DNA of 64,000 bases from Auanema rhodensis (GCA_964057225.1 OZ059898.1:8680001-8744000); one strand, 5' to 3'. Numbered from the stretch's first letter, positions 37,813 through 52,577 are shown. Made by a program: numbers and translations. The notes: generated by a model from the letters alone, not told the origin.

Positions 37813-40800
37813 TTGGAATATAGTTGAAAGAAGAAAACTAATATATCTTATTCAAATATTATATCATAGAAGATATTTTCCAATTATTATATTCTAAACA
37901 AATTCATATAATGAATCATAAAATGAAGGTAAAACATGAATCATATGATATGATGATAATTTAAAATTATCAGTAGAAAATACGGAAGAAAATGAATATT
38001 CAACCAGTCACTACGTCAACAAAAAAGTAAATGATTGCTTTAGACGTGTGAAAGTCCACGTAGCATTTTCACGTAATGCGTGAGAACAACGGAGTATACT
38101 TTCAAAAATTCAATGGTTAACGAAGAAAATAAAAATTTATATGGAACTTTGAAATGTCGTTGAGATTAACTAATGGCCAAAGCTGTGTAGCTAGAATAAC
38201 TAATGGGCAAATGATGAGATGAGGTGACAGAAGGAATTACTGAGTACTAATTATAAAATTTGAAATAAGAAGTTTGAGTTCTTTCAAGTCATTTGGAATG
38301 GATTTCTGAACACATTGTCTGCATGTCCCTTAACGAACATTATAGAAGAAAGAGATTGAGAGAATAGATGAGTAAATGAGAAAAGGAAAGAACTCCTCAG
38401 GTAATTACAATAAGATATAATGAATAAGAAGGAATATATTCATATTCTATATAATAAAATATATATTTATATCTCTATTATATGTATAAATAACTAAAGA
38501 AACGAGAAAGAACATTAAAAGAAATGCATGTTCATTATTTGAAAAGGAATGAAGTAGGATTAGAATACAAGTGAAATGAATGAAGAAGCAATAGCTTCAA
38601 TACTCACTCCATCTATCGGGATCAAATAGTCTAAAAATGGATTTGAGGAAGTCCAAAGATATTCTTGCATATGCTTGTCATGTTGTTTATCATACTTTTT
38701 TCAACAAAACATCTTGAATGAAGAACTTTATCTATGAACTTTTCTTTACATAGACATCATGAAAACTTTTTCTGTTTTATTCTCATGAGAGAGTATCTCA
38801 TATATCATATCTTATAGGAGAACAAAAAGAAAAGAAATCTTTCTCAAAGATTATGAAACTTTTCAAAAAAAGTTTTTCTAAATTGGCACATAAAAAATGA
38901 TTTATTATAATTATGTTTTCAAGCCAAATTATGATATAAACATAGTTATTATGATAATTTTAACGGATTAGATGAAACAATTATTTTAATAAAATAACTA
39001 AAATAGTAAAAAGGTTAACTCTCCCTCAAATCAACACATTTTTCTTCGAAGATTATGTATAAAAAAAATTTCAAATAATTCTTGAATTACGTTTTTTTTG
39101 TAAATAAAATATGGTTTTATATCGAAAAACAAGCTTTAGTATATTGAAATTTCCGTTTCTAATAATCCGGATTACAATCGAAATGAATCTGAAGCCTAAT
39201 TGGTCGAACATCAATGGATTTCATAAACATTTCATTGGAAATAAAAAAAATTCAAAAAAAAATAGTATGCAGCTGAGGGTTGATACCGTTACAACTGAAA
39301 TAAAGATTGAAATACTCTTTTTCAAAATGTTGAAAAAACGCTGAATGATGAATCAACAGCGATTGAAAAGTTTTATCCAAGTTTAAATAAGATTTTCAAT
39401 GAATTTACTAAAAAAAAGGTTTATTTCCTAATAAAAGTTTGAAATAGAATAATGTAAATGTCTTGAGATGTAGATGAAGAAAATTACACTTATTTGGCAC
39501 CCCGTTGTGGCTCTTTTATTCAATTAAGTACAAAAGAAAGCCTAACGTGAGACTTAATAGATGTATAAACGAATAAGAGAAACATTTGTATAATTGAAAA
39601 GTTTGATATTATAGAAAAGTTTTTAAATAGATGAGATTAATCATATTGTATAGTTGTATAGCTGTCAAGGATAAAACTCTTCATTTTAAGATTATATAAG
39701 CTTAGTTGAAAGCGTAACCTTTCAACATAAGTTTAATTTTCTATATTGGAAACATAAGAGTCTCCGAGCTTGTCTTAGGTAATTGAAGTCATGGGATAAA
39801 GCTCAATAAGAAAGTTGGAACAGCTGCAAGTTACTGTTTTCCCCTTATTAGGACTATGACAGCTGTCGCGGTTTGTCGTTGTCGGATATAATGGACTGGT
39901 AAAACTAATGAAAAGAACTTATGATCTCTTTCAGAAATATTCTTTTTTTTCTTCTTTTAATTTAAAAATTTAAAAAAAAATAGAAACAAAGTAGTTAATT
40001 ATTCTTTATATATAAATATAATTTATATAATTAAGAAAAGCACAAATAATATAACAGGTGTTATGTATAGTAAATAGAAGCTTAACTATTATATAAAATA
40101 TTTTATTTTATTATTTTCAAACAACAAAAAAACATTTTATAACCTACTCCATGAAATAATAAAAAATTTTTGATAAAATATTTTAAAAATTTAAAATAAA
40201 ATTAAGAGAATATGAAGAAACTGATAACTTTCATATAAGCCTATATTACTATATTACGTATATCAAGTAAATTAATATAATTTATAGATAGTAAATAGTA
40301 CTTCAAATTGTATATAATCAAAGTTATAATGAAAACAAGAAATAAAATAATAGAAAATAACGAAAAATGTCCTTTTTCATAATTTTTATTGGCTTTACTT
40401 CATTTACTACGATAAATATGAGAAAAATCGAATTTATTTTAAATTAGTTAATACATAGAAGAACTCAGCTGTTGTGGAAAATGAAAAGATCAAAAGAAGG
40501 TGAAAGGATAACTCAATAATGAGCTTCAATGATAGAAGCATAATGAACAGTCGGTTCATTGAAAGAAGAGGAAATAATGAAATATGGCCGTACGATTGGG
40601 TCAATGTTGTAAATCACACACAACTGATGAGAGGAAGTTGAAAATTCATTTACTGAAATTCTGACAGCTAGTCGACCGTTTTTTTTTTGAGAATTTATAA
40701 GATTTCACTAATTAAATATTTAATTATTTATAGTTAATTTGAAAATTAATAAGAAAATGAATAATTTATGATAAAAATTGACAAAATTAGTTGAACAGTT

Positions 40801-40913
40801 GAAATGATTTGAATATTCATCATAAGTCTAAATACGAAATATGTGACAGATATTGAAATATTTATATATTTATATATATATAGCTAACTATATGTATATA
40901 TTTTAGGATAAGA

Positions 40914-40952
<39 letters not shown>

Positions 40953-43467
40953 AGAAGTTAACTGAAAGAAAATTTAAATCTGTTTTTGGATGAGCCGTCT
41001 GCTCATTGAAAGGTCATCAAAACATCAAAAAAAACTTTTAATTTAAACATATATCTATGTATGTATATACATATTGAGATGCATAACCTGAATGAACTGT
41101 ATATAACATACACATATTATAAACAGTATAGTTAAATATCTTTCAATATCATTGGTTCATTGAACTCACATATGTATCTGCTATCTTCACCACTTATAAA
41201 TCTCTATCTCTCTTTAAATTTCACACTCTATCATATTTTCTTTCAACTATTAAAGCATTTTTGTAACAATATCAGTATAGACTGACCTCTCTCAGTGGTT
41301 TTTATCCAACGTCTTCTGGTCAACATATGCCTTCTTAACGCATATCTATAGACTCTTGCATACGCAACAGAAGTCACTTATCTAGAGAAGTCACTGCTAC
41401 ATGACAAATTCAAATATTTTTTTAGAGTAAGATAAATATTTATGAAAAATATAAGATATTTTATTCAAAATTAATATATAAATATAATATAAAAATATAA
41501 AAATAATATAAAAGTTATAAGAATGGTGAAATTTAAATAGTATATAAAATTAAAAGCTTCAATAATTTAAGATTTATGTCTGTTCTATTGAAATATCAAA
41601 ATGAAACTATAATTGTATCTACATTGAATGTTATTATACATTAGTCTGACAGATAATATATCTTATTCATATCAAAATATTGAAGAAAAGCCACCATAAT
41701 GTGTAAAAAATTCTGGCATTTATCTGACAAATTACATTAATCCGCTAAAATTTGAGTAATATGCACTATCACATCAACAAAATATATCACACAACCTTAT
41801 ATTTTAATTATATAATCAATAATTATAATTGATTAATGTGTAGAAAGTCAAAAATAAAATTCAAAGGAAATATAATTTTGATTTTTGGTTATGAATTCTA
41901 AGATCCAAGAGTCTTTCGTTTATTCAACTTTTTTTAGTTTGACACATCTTACACTATAAGTTTCAACTGCAAACCAACTAGACAGCTTCCAACATGAAAA
42001 ATTTATTTTGTTGTTTTTCTGTTTAATCGTCGGATCAGATTTGCTTATGTTCAGAACATTATTATTGAGGTATTACCTACCACTTTAGTTAGTCCATATA
42101 CTAAATATTTCATTTTTCTAGCTTTTCTTACTTTTTTTTCTCGATCAAACTTCAATTATCTTTGTATTTATTAACCGTTCTCATCTATATTTAGAACCCT
42201 TCATTACTTTAAATATATAAATATATTAAATATTGTTAATAAAGTTATAATATTTGATGTTATCAAATATTTTTACATGTTTTATAAAAATTTTATTTTT
42301 ATATTTTTTTTATCGATTTTCCTCTCAATTCTAGTTTTTTTTGGAGACTTCACAGTTCAATCTATATTCAAATGTGAGAATTTTTTAAAAACCATTTGTA
42401 TGTTCTTCACACATTATGCATCGTTTCTTCCAAAAGCTACTGCAAAAACATAAAAAAATTTTCCAACTTTTCTTAATCCAAGTTAATTTCCAATTTGCTT
42501 AAGAATAGCCTATCTTCCTAACTTCAAAATACTAATATTATAGAACAGAACTGTTTTATATTCTTCTCGGTTATTTAAAACTTTTATATAATATATAATC
42601 TAAATTTTTATTTATATTTTTACCAAGTTATGTAGTAAGAAAAATTCTCTCTCATCTTTGTTTTGTCTATTTGTTTATTTATAACTTAGATAGGCACATG
42701 ACACTTTTCTTTTATCTTTTCATATTCATTAACGTGGTTGCAAACATTCAACTTTAAGCTCATCACAAAACTTAATAAGTATAAAGTACAATTTCTTTTA
42801 GTAGAAGTAATAATTTTTTTTTCTACTTAACTTTATGATTATATAATATGTACATCCCATAGACTATCCTTAAAGACCCTAGAGGCTATTAAGCGCGACG
42901 CAATAGAAACGCGTCGCGTACTGCGCCACTTCTGGACACAAAAAGAGGCCCCGCGGCCAGTTGTTGTTTCGTGTATCGGTCATAGCATCGAAGGGTCTTC
43001 ATTCGTTTATTTTCTTTTGGCTCTCTGACGTTCTATCTCCTAATATACAAGCAAAAGATAAAAGATAAATAGAAAGCATTGAGAGAGACATAGAAAGAAG
43101 TAGAGATAAAAAATGTATGAGTAGTGAAGAGAGTTCCCAAATGACAAAGATACAAAGAAGATTTCCTAGGCAGATAGAAAAACAGAAAGAGGAGGGAGCA
43201 AGGTACAGAGGAAAGAGAAATAGGGAGACAAGAACCAATTGCATTTCGTCTCATGTTCATGAACGTTTTGACCATTTTGCTGTTCTGTTCAAATTTCTAT
43301 CGTTCCTTGATTTCCTTTTCGTTTCACCTCAAGGCTTTATCGAAATGTATATCTTTGCATGTTACAGGTGCTGCAAAAACCAATCCTATAGTGTATTCTG
43401 TGTATCTTAATCGCAACACCTCTAAAAAGGAATTAAAGAAGAGTTTCTGATTAAACTTTCTGACATC

Positions 43468-46114
43468 ATGTTGGCTGTACGTCTCGCAACTCTACATCAA
43501 GTTAGTTCTCTCTTATTTTACTAAAAGAAATATAATATTAGATAATTTATTCCTTTTTCTTTATTTATCAACTATATTACTTTAAAAATTCTTTTTAATG
43601 TTTATATATATATATATAACATATTTGATATTAATACCTTATATGTATTATATCATTAAAAGGACTGTTTTTAATTTATTTTGATTATAATGGTTTTTTT
43701 CGAAAATATCATTATCTAACTATAAAGCTTTTAATTCAAAATATATATATATATACATTGAAAGTATATTGGTTAGAATAGTTTATTGATGGCTGTATGT
43801 TCATCATCTTCTGCTGATCAACCAGTTCTTCTTGATCTATGATCTAACTACCTTTGCCATTTATACTTTCAATCTTCTTTATTCTCTCTCAAATCCATAC
43901 TATATTTCTTCAAATTAGACGTTTATACTCTCTATCACTTGATAACATCACTAATCAACTTTCGTTTCAATTTTCAATACTTTTATGAAGCTCTATGGCA
44001 AATAGTCATTTTGGAAAAAAGTTATTTCATATGAAATATTTTTTCTTATATAATATACTAATTATATATCTTTTATTAGTTAAAATATCTTCTTTTTTCT
44101 TTTTTAACTTAAATACTATAAATCTTCTTTATGATTGAAATCGTTGTTCATTCTCTATCAAAACTATGCCATATAATCTTTAATTATTACATTGAAAGAT
44201 CAAAATATGGCGTTTCAAATATTTTTTTTTTGGTTTAGATAGCAAGCAGAACTGAATTTCTTTCTATTTTTCTTAATTTATTGTTTGTTTATTATTTTTC
44301 TGATCATATCTGACACTTTGTTAGCTAGCTGAATATAGTTTTGTGGATTTTTTAAGAACTTCATTCAGTCCTTATTTATTTCAAATTTTGAAGCCTCTTT
44401 CAAAAAGTTATGTTGTCTCAACTTAGAAAAACGTTGCAATCAATAAGTAACAAGAAAGTTTACAAAATTTTCTAAGCAATTTTGAAAATTTGTTTTAATA
44501 AATAAAGTTTAAAAATGCTACTTTTGGTTTTTTTGTCATCAAATAATAATATTTCATCATATATGCTTTATTGATGTATTTTCAAAAGAATTTAGAAACA
44601 AAATATTGTTTTTTTTTTTGAAAAAAAAAAGAGTTATTGGTTGCTAGTATTTTGATAATCAACAAATAATGCATGAAAAATTCATAGAATATTGAATCAT
44701 TCGATTGTCGACGTTGAAAAAAAGCATAAGATACGATGAGATATTGTGAAAAGATGTAGAATTAGAGATAGTATAGAACACAAAAAGTTACAGACAAATA
44801 TGAATAGATGACGTCTGTCGTCTCATAAAGTACTACTAGATGAAAGGTGAAAAGCTTTTCTTCTATCGACTGATAGTTTCCAATTCAAGCTATCCTCCTT
44901 TGGTACAGGTTGAGTATTGTGATTGAACTTTGACCAATATTCATTAACAAATTCTATATTAGAACGCTCTCGTTCACTCAATTCAAGTTAAATTTTTGAA
45001 AACTTTGAAAAGATTCCTCCAATTATGAAGTTAACTCATATCAGAAGACGACTGGCCAAAATGTTTTCGTTTTTTGGTCGATCGAAGAAGAGTTCCAGTA
45101 CTAAAATGGTATTAATCCTTTTTTTCTAGAATGTTAATCTAGTTAATTAAGTTCAAGTGGAGCAACGAAGATAACTTTAGTCTCATCTCTTGAATTTTGT
45201 CTTTCAGTTTTGCACATGGGTCGATTGAAAGAAAAAAAATAGTCCAAAAAAGGAATGACAAACTTAATCAAATTGGTCTTAAAACCACAAAGCTCAGTTT
45301 TTGCAAGCCATTCTCTCTTCGCATTAAATCTTGATTGCTTTTTTTTTATTTTTTCCCATCTTAATTTTTATTTTATATTTTGCATAATAGTTCATCTTCC
45401 TTTTTCGAAAGAATATTTAATTTTAAAACAAAAATTGAAAGAAGAAAAGAAAAAGTATTCTAGGAAATTGAGATGGAACCAAAAGAGTTAAAGTATACTC
45501 TAATGAATACAACAAACAGATAATTAGTTTTTTTTGTGCTTTTAATGAGAAAGTTTGGACTTAAGTTAATTGTACCTTAGGTTTCATTTACGATGATAAA
45601 TCTTTTTTTTTTGTTTAGTTTGATCAAATCGATGTGTGTTCTATAATTTTTGATCAAGTACACTACGAAATCCTTATCAATTGGAAAAAAACTATAAAAT
45701 AGGAGATTTGAGATAAATAGTTTAAGGAAACATCATAATAAGTTCTTCTTTGAACCTTATTTTATTTTTATTATAAAATAAGAAAATATATAAAAATTAA
45801 TAAGTTTATGATTTATGATTTACTTGAATATTTACTCAAATTATTTGTTTTTTTTTAATCACATGTATAATGTTCAAAAATATCAAAATAAATACTTTAT
45901 TGAGTTTGATTCCAAAGTCCAAGTTTTCAATAGAATGTCAGAACGATATCAATACGCTCAGCACATGTTTAATGACGCAAATAGATTTCAAAGAAAAATT
46001 TAGTTTTCAATTTCAGATGACAAGACCTGTACTTGGATCTTTATCCTCATTTAATCAATCTACTAGTAATAGTTCATATGCTACTCACAAACAATCAGGT
46101 ATGTCTTTTACTAC

Positions 46115-46164
<50 letters not shown>

Positions 46165-49100
46165 GAGATAGAGAGAGAGTATAAGTGAAATATTGAATTG
46201 CTTCTATGTAGAACTTTAAATGGTATTAGTACATCAAAAAATATATAGTTTTGAATTTAAAACAAAACAAAAATTAAACTATAAGTAAAAGTAAATGATT
46301 GAACACAAGTGTGAATGCCATAATTCTTAAATGCATCTTGTTCCTGTATATAGCTCTTCATGGATCTTATTGCTTGAAATCTGAAGCGAGTTGCGAGAAA
46401 GGCGGAAAGAGTTTGATCTGTATTTGAATACGAAGAGCATGATGTTTAGTCATGAGATAGGCATTGGTTAAAAGCGTTTCTAACTCCATTGAGGAACCAA
46501 TAAACGTTTCGATTTAATATTTCAAAGTAAATGAAATGATGACGTAAGTTTAGGAGAAAGCATAATCTAATACAAATATAACAACTTAAAGCATATTTTC
46601 TGAAAAAAAAAAACTTTTTTTTTCTCTTGTACCAAACAGCATTAAAAGCATTTTTATTATGCTTGTATTCGGTTTAACTCCTGGAATGAAAGCTGTGGAA
46701 AGCGGTTGCACGTTAATATGATATTTCTAAAGCTTTGTTATTTATGTTTAATTTGGTATCCTTAGTTTGTTGACAAATATTTCTTTAGCTGCTTATTCAA
46801 CTGGAGCTAAGAAGTATGCTGCATTACCCAAACTACCTGTACCATCACCAAAGTCGACTTTAAAGCATTTTCTCGAATTCTCTGCCGCCATTCAATCACC
46901 CAAAGAATTTGAAGAAACTAAACAAGTATATAACTATCTATAAAGCATGATTTAACTTATTTTATCTTTAGATCGTTCAAAAGTTTGTAACAAATGAGCT
47001 ACCACAGCTACAAAGTCTTCTGGAAAAGCGCGCCTCAGGTTTGAACAACTGGGTAAGATTTTGTTTTTCTGATTTTTCTTAAATTATATTTTATATTTTA
47101 TTTTGAAAAATTTGAAAAAAAATTCGAATTTTGTCAAGAATTCGCAACAGTTCTCACTTATTCTCTTATCTCTCCGAGATATGTCTTATCATGATTTGTC
47201 ATCTTTCTTTTGAAAAAAACAGTTCTCTTTTTCGGGGAAAAACTAATTTTTGTAGCTTACACCATGGTGGCTGGATATCGCTTATTTGGCAGCTCGTACG
47301 CCTCTGCCTGTTGTGACATCTCCAGGAATTCTTATGCCCCAATTCCCATACAAAGGGGTTGAAGGACAAATTGAATATGCTGCTAAAATATCTCAAGCAG
47401 CCGTTGGCTTTTATCAATTAATTGAAAAGTAGAATTTTTTTTCAATTTTTTTTTAAATTGTCAAATATTTAGAAATGAATTACCACAAGATATGGCTGGG
47501 AAAGTACCATTTGATATGAGTCAATATAAATATCTTTTTGGTACTACACGCGTTCCAAAGAAAGGTAATAAGATAAGAATAAGTAAAAAGTATATTTGAT
47601 TTTAATTTAGGTTGTGATGAAATAGTCTATGGATGCTCACGTGAAAACAAGCCTCGTCACGCTGTTGTTATGAGAAATGGACAGGTTAGTTGAACCAAAT
47701 ACAAAAAAAAAGACCACAAAACGATTCTTTTCTTCATAAAATAGTGTAACAAAATATTTATTGAGTTGTTGATTTCAAAGAAAAAATTAAAATTCTCATA
47801 GAAAGTTTTAGATTTTCCGAATGGATGTTTTGGATAAGAATTATGTTCCTTTGAGTATCGCTACTGTTAAACAGCAACTTTCTGCAATCATGGAAAACAG
47901 CCAAGAACGATGCATATACCCTCTTGGTGTTGTATCAGCTGATAATCGCGAACGATGGGCAACTACATATGAGAATTTGAAAAGTTCATTTCTCAAATTA
48001 TTCTAAATTCAGTATTTTATCTCCAGAAAGTTCTCAAAATGTTGAAAGCTTGAATGCAATTGAAGAAGGATTATTCGTAATTTGTCTTGATCAACCCACA
48101 GACCCTTTACGTGGATATAATGAGAAGGATGAACAAGCTCGTCAGGTTTGTCTAATGTTTATCTCAATTATAATCATATTTTTCTTTTTTTTAATATTAT
48201 ATAATTGAATAAATTTAGGTTCTTCATGGCGGCGGAGTTAACAATAATTCAGGCAATCGATGGTTTGATAAAACAATTCAGGTACTTGTTTATGTTTATT
48301 TTAAAAATTCTATCATATTCTCTCTATAATTAAGATTTGTATTAAATATGAACTTTTTTATTTCAATTTTACTAGTACATTTTAGTTTATTGTCGGGGGA
48401 AATGGTTACTGTGGTATGACTTATGAACATACCCCAGCCGAAGGTCCTCCAGTAGCTGCACTAATGGATTATATTTGTGACCAAATGTATGTTTCATACT
48501 CTACTGACGTATATAATATATTTTCTTTTATAGAGCGAAGAATTCATTTGATTCCAATGTATCACATATAATTGGAGATGTTGAAAAATTAGAGTTCGAA
48601 TTATCTGATGAAGATATATCCCGCATTAAGAGGAGCTGTGCTAAAATTAACGCGTAAGCTATAAAAAGATTCAATGTTTTCATTAATTAATTGATTTATG
48701 TTTTAAGAACTTCTGATGATGTTGATTTGGTGACTTATACTTTCAAACGTTATGGAAAGAACTTCCCTAAATCTGTCAAGATCTCTCCTGACTCTTTCAT
48801 TCAAATGGCCTTCCAGTTAGCATATTACAGAATTCATTCTTGTGGTGAGTTCCTAATATTTCTCAATTTCAACACTTAAAGCTTTTTTAGTTGGACCAAC
48901 ATATGAAACTGCTACACTTCGCAAGTTTGATGAAGGACGTACCGAAAATATTCGATCTCCCAATACTTTAACTTCTTCTTTCGTCAAAAATGTTAGTTTG
49001 AATCTTGAATCAAATCATTCTATTTAATTAATATTTAGATGACATCAAAGCGATTACCAATTTCACAATTGTATGAATCTTTGAAAGCTGCAGCTGATGC

Positions 49101-49652
49101 TCACAAGTCTTACACCGTAAGATTGCATTTTCTCTATGATGATGTTTCTCTTATCTTGCCCGTTTATAGATTAGCTGTATGAATGGAAGTGGTATGGATC
49201 GACATCTTCTTGCTTGGCGCCTCCTAGCTTCTCAAAATGGACTTCCTACTCCTTCTATCTTAGAGACAAGTGCTTATGAAAGTTTGGCTCATTTCCAGAT
49301 TTCTACTAGTCAAGTATATTCTGCTACGAAAATGATTTAAAAAATTTTATTCATAGGTTCCTACTCGTAACTTTTTAATGATGTGCTTCGGTCCCTCAGC
49401 TCCAGACTGCTATGGTATCTGTTATAATCCTCAGGAAACCGAATTGCATTTTACGATCAGTACTTTCAAGAGTTGTGGGTCAACAAGCTCAAAAAGGTTT
49501 GTATTTATCATTATCAAAACGGCTTGTTAAGCCCATAATGTGAAGAATCATTTTATTTCTTAAATTTCAGATTTGCCAAAGAGTTAGATAAAGCATTAAA
49601 TGACATGAACTCCGTATGCTCTAAAGCTCTGAAAGAACAATCGAAGTTGTAA
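43468..49652 (+). CDS. Carnitine O-acetyltransferase-like (choline/carnitine acyltransferase) with PTS1
   Basis: LPKLPVP, NWLTPWW, LHGGG..NSGNRWFDK, catalytic YEHTPAEGP, SPDSFIQMAFQLAYY, TYETATLRKFDEGRTE and GMDRHL; C-terminus EQSKL*. Exon 1 is 43468-43500 (MLAVRLATLHQ) and exon 2 is 46017-46098. Confidence 0.92.
45025..45108 (+). CDS. Putative alternative first coding exon of the carnitine acyltransferase
   Basis: MKLTHIRRRLAKMFSFFGRSKKSSSTKM followed by a GT donor in phase 0, compatible with the exon at 46017. Confidence 0.5.
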
Positions 49653-49999
49653 ATATCGCACTCAAGTCAAATTAAATGTAAATGCCTTATCTTGATTCTC
49701 AAATTGCTGATTGAACTTTCCAAGGAAAGTTGAGCTTTCATAGAAATGTAATTTATTGTAATTTTGTTTATTCTAAGGCACATTGCTCATTATACATATA
49801 TTGAAATGTTATAATCTGGCACAGTACAGTTTTGAAATTTGACTAGCTTTTTAGTGACAGATTTTAACAAAAAATATATTAGTCTACTATAGAATTCTAT
49901 GCTTTCATACAGGTATTAAGGTTTAGCGAGTGTATCACAATAAAAAATCACAGAGATCATACTATATAAACATATAATACTATATAAACAAAATAATAA

Positions 50000-51982
50000 T
50001 TACCGCAAGTCGTTACCAGCTTTAATTTGCTCGGAATTGATCTTCAGATCAAAGATATCAGTACAATCGCTCCAGTTACGATTGAAATAATTACCCTTAT
50101 ATCGCCATGTTTTTCCATCAAATTTGAACCAACTTTAAAAAAAATAATTTGAGTTCAAAGTACTATCGTAGCAAGCTTACAGAGGAACATTTCCTATTCC
50201 TTGTTTACGGCGAGCTCTTTGAGCTTCTTCCAATTTATGCTTTGCTGCTTCAGCTTTATCTGAAACAGGCAACTTTCAATATTTCATAGGAATTTCATAA
50301 TTTTCATATCGAAAGTAAAAAAGATTATATAGAATGACATGACTTACCGCATAATCCATTTTCAAGAGCTACCATATCTGGTCTGAATCTACTATCAGTA
50401 GGTGGTAATTTCTCTCTGAGTTCCTTATTTAATTCATTCAGAGTTAGACAAAATGGCGTAAAATAAAAATTCTAAAAGTTCAAAAAATAAATCAGACATC
50501 TAGTCCAAAACTCACTTTTTCATAATTTGAAATTAATTGATCAGCTACCCACAATACAGTTGAACCGGGAATTAGTGGGGCCATATTTTCCTGAAAATAA
50601 TTTTTCTTTAGATTATTTATTTTTAGGAAACGATTCAAAACAGAAAAAAAGAAATTAGTAAAACAAACATTTCCAGGCTGAAGACTAGCCATGAACAACT
50701 TTATATACGCAGAGTGATTCAATTTAAAAGTTTCTACAGGACAACTGGCCAAGAAATAAGACCAATTTCCGTAAATGGCGCGATACTTTGTTTTGCTAAA
50801 ATAAAGTATCAAAAAATGGGAAACTTATAATGCCAGTCATACCCCTTTTCAATATATCCATCTACATGAACATCAGTTGTCTTTACATGCCACCCTCTAC
50901 CAGCATCCAGAGAAAGATTCATACTGAGACCCGTTTGAGAACAATTTATGTTCATGTGACCTGTCTGAAGATTTTTAAAATTAGAAATTATACTTTTGCA
51001 ATTAAAACTCTAACCAAATTCATGTACATTTTACCCATCATGACATTATAAATAGTGCAAGCAGGACCCATGTAAGTATATGTTTCTTTCCAACTAAAAA
51101 AAATCATAAATTTTATATACTTGATAATCAATTTACTTGGTTAATGTAAGCTCAAATCCACCTTCAGGTGTGCATATAAGTTTATTGATACCAATTGACA
51201 TTTTAGGAGAAACAGTTGCCTGAATAATAGGATAACTTCTGAATGACTCTAAGTTCTACTTACGTGGATAGTAAAATTTTTTCCTTCGACATGTATAGCT
51301 GAAACTGGAGGATGATGTGAAACCTGCTCTGCAAGGAATCGGACACCATTTCTAGAACAAAATTACTACTTTGATTGCTAACAATCGGCGACAAAGTGAA
51401 GAAATTAAATTTTTGAGATTAGAAAATAATTTTCAAAATAATCGAACTGGTGTACACTTTCATGACAGCAATTAATACCTTTCAACTTCGAAAGTCTCCA
51501 ATAGTAACGGGTTGAAGGGCTTGGACAGCCGATTCCAATTAGAAGAGAGGGCAGCGACGGTGAAAGCTCCGACGTACTTGAAATTATAAAATATCAAGTG
51601 ATTTTAATAAGTTTCCAATTACCATTATTCTATCTATAGGATCTTCTTTAGTCGCAGCTATTTCAATCAAGTCTACATAATGCATGAATTCTGAAAGCCT
51701 TTGAAGAAAGCATAAAGGCTCATTCAGAAAAACTGGAACCGAAAATTTCGAAAAATCCTAAGATACGAAATAAGTCTGATTTTAAATATCAGATAAGACA
51801 ACTTACTTTTCCGATATTAGGTTTTATGATTTCCCAAATAGAATAATCATCTCGAGGTCTTAATTGTGCTGGAAGGGTTCTCCTTTAAAATTATAACATT
51901 CGAAAACCAAAAAAACATTCAATGAAAACCTCTGATCTGTCTCATATTTGGAAGGACGAGGGAGACTTTTAAGACTATTCAT
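50000..51982 (-). CDS. Oxysterol-binding protein-related protein (ORD only, ORP1/2-like)
   Basis: Signature [37 protein letters not shown] and [10 protein letters not shown]; an upstream exon is possible. Confidence 0.9.
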
Positions 51983-52577
51983 GTAAAATGTGAACCTAAA
52001 ATGATTCAAAAATTAATAATTAACAATTATAGACATGTATATAGGATAAAAGTGAGATCTAACCAACATTGCTTTTAATAAAAATGGAATCAATTTTCAA
52101 GAGAGACTACGCTAATCTTTCAAAACGAGTTGAAAACGGCAAGTGGGATAGAGATAAAAATAGAGAGAAAAAGAGTAAGTGAAAAAAGTATGAGAATTAG
52201 AAATGAAAGTGAGGTATAAAGAGCATAATAATGGTGAAAGTTAATAATATATACATATATATGAAGGGAATATTGAAAGTTGAATCTTTAGTAACTACAA
52301 CAAATAACGCTGGACAAACATTTTTTGAAGTACATATAGAAGCCAAAATATCGATCGAACTTGGGATAGAAGATAGAAGGAACGTATATATTAATATAAA
52401 GACTTTTCAAAATTCTCTTCTCGATATTAGAAAAAAATGAACTGGAACGAGGCTGGCACAATTGCCAGCCGTGTACAGTTGATGAGAAAAAATATCAAAA
52501 AGTGAGCTGATAAAACTAAAATAAGAACGATAATTTAATATTGAATACGAATAGAGAAATGAATGCAACTAGAAGCT

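Noticed and set aside
39111-39420. Possible hAT transposase remnant (FQNVEKTLNDESTAIEKFYPSLNKIF)
   Set aside because: Too short and too weak to support without a search.
42861-42900. U3 snoRNA 5' end (agactatcctt) or telomerase RNA
   Set aside because: No box A/B/C/D continuation and no TTAGGC-complementary template.
42999-43450. Overlapping 65-97 aa ORFs on both strands
   Set aside because: Products of GA/CT-rich promoter sequence with no splice or motif support.
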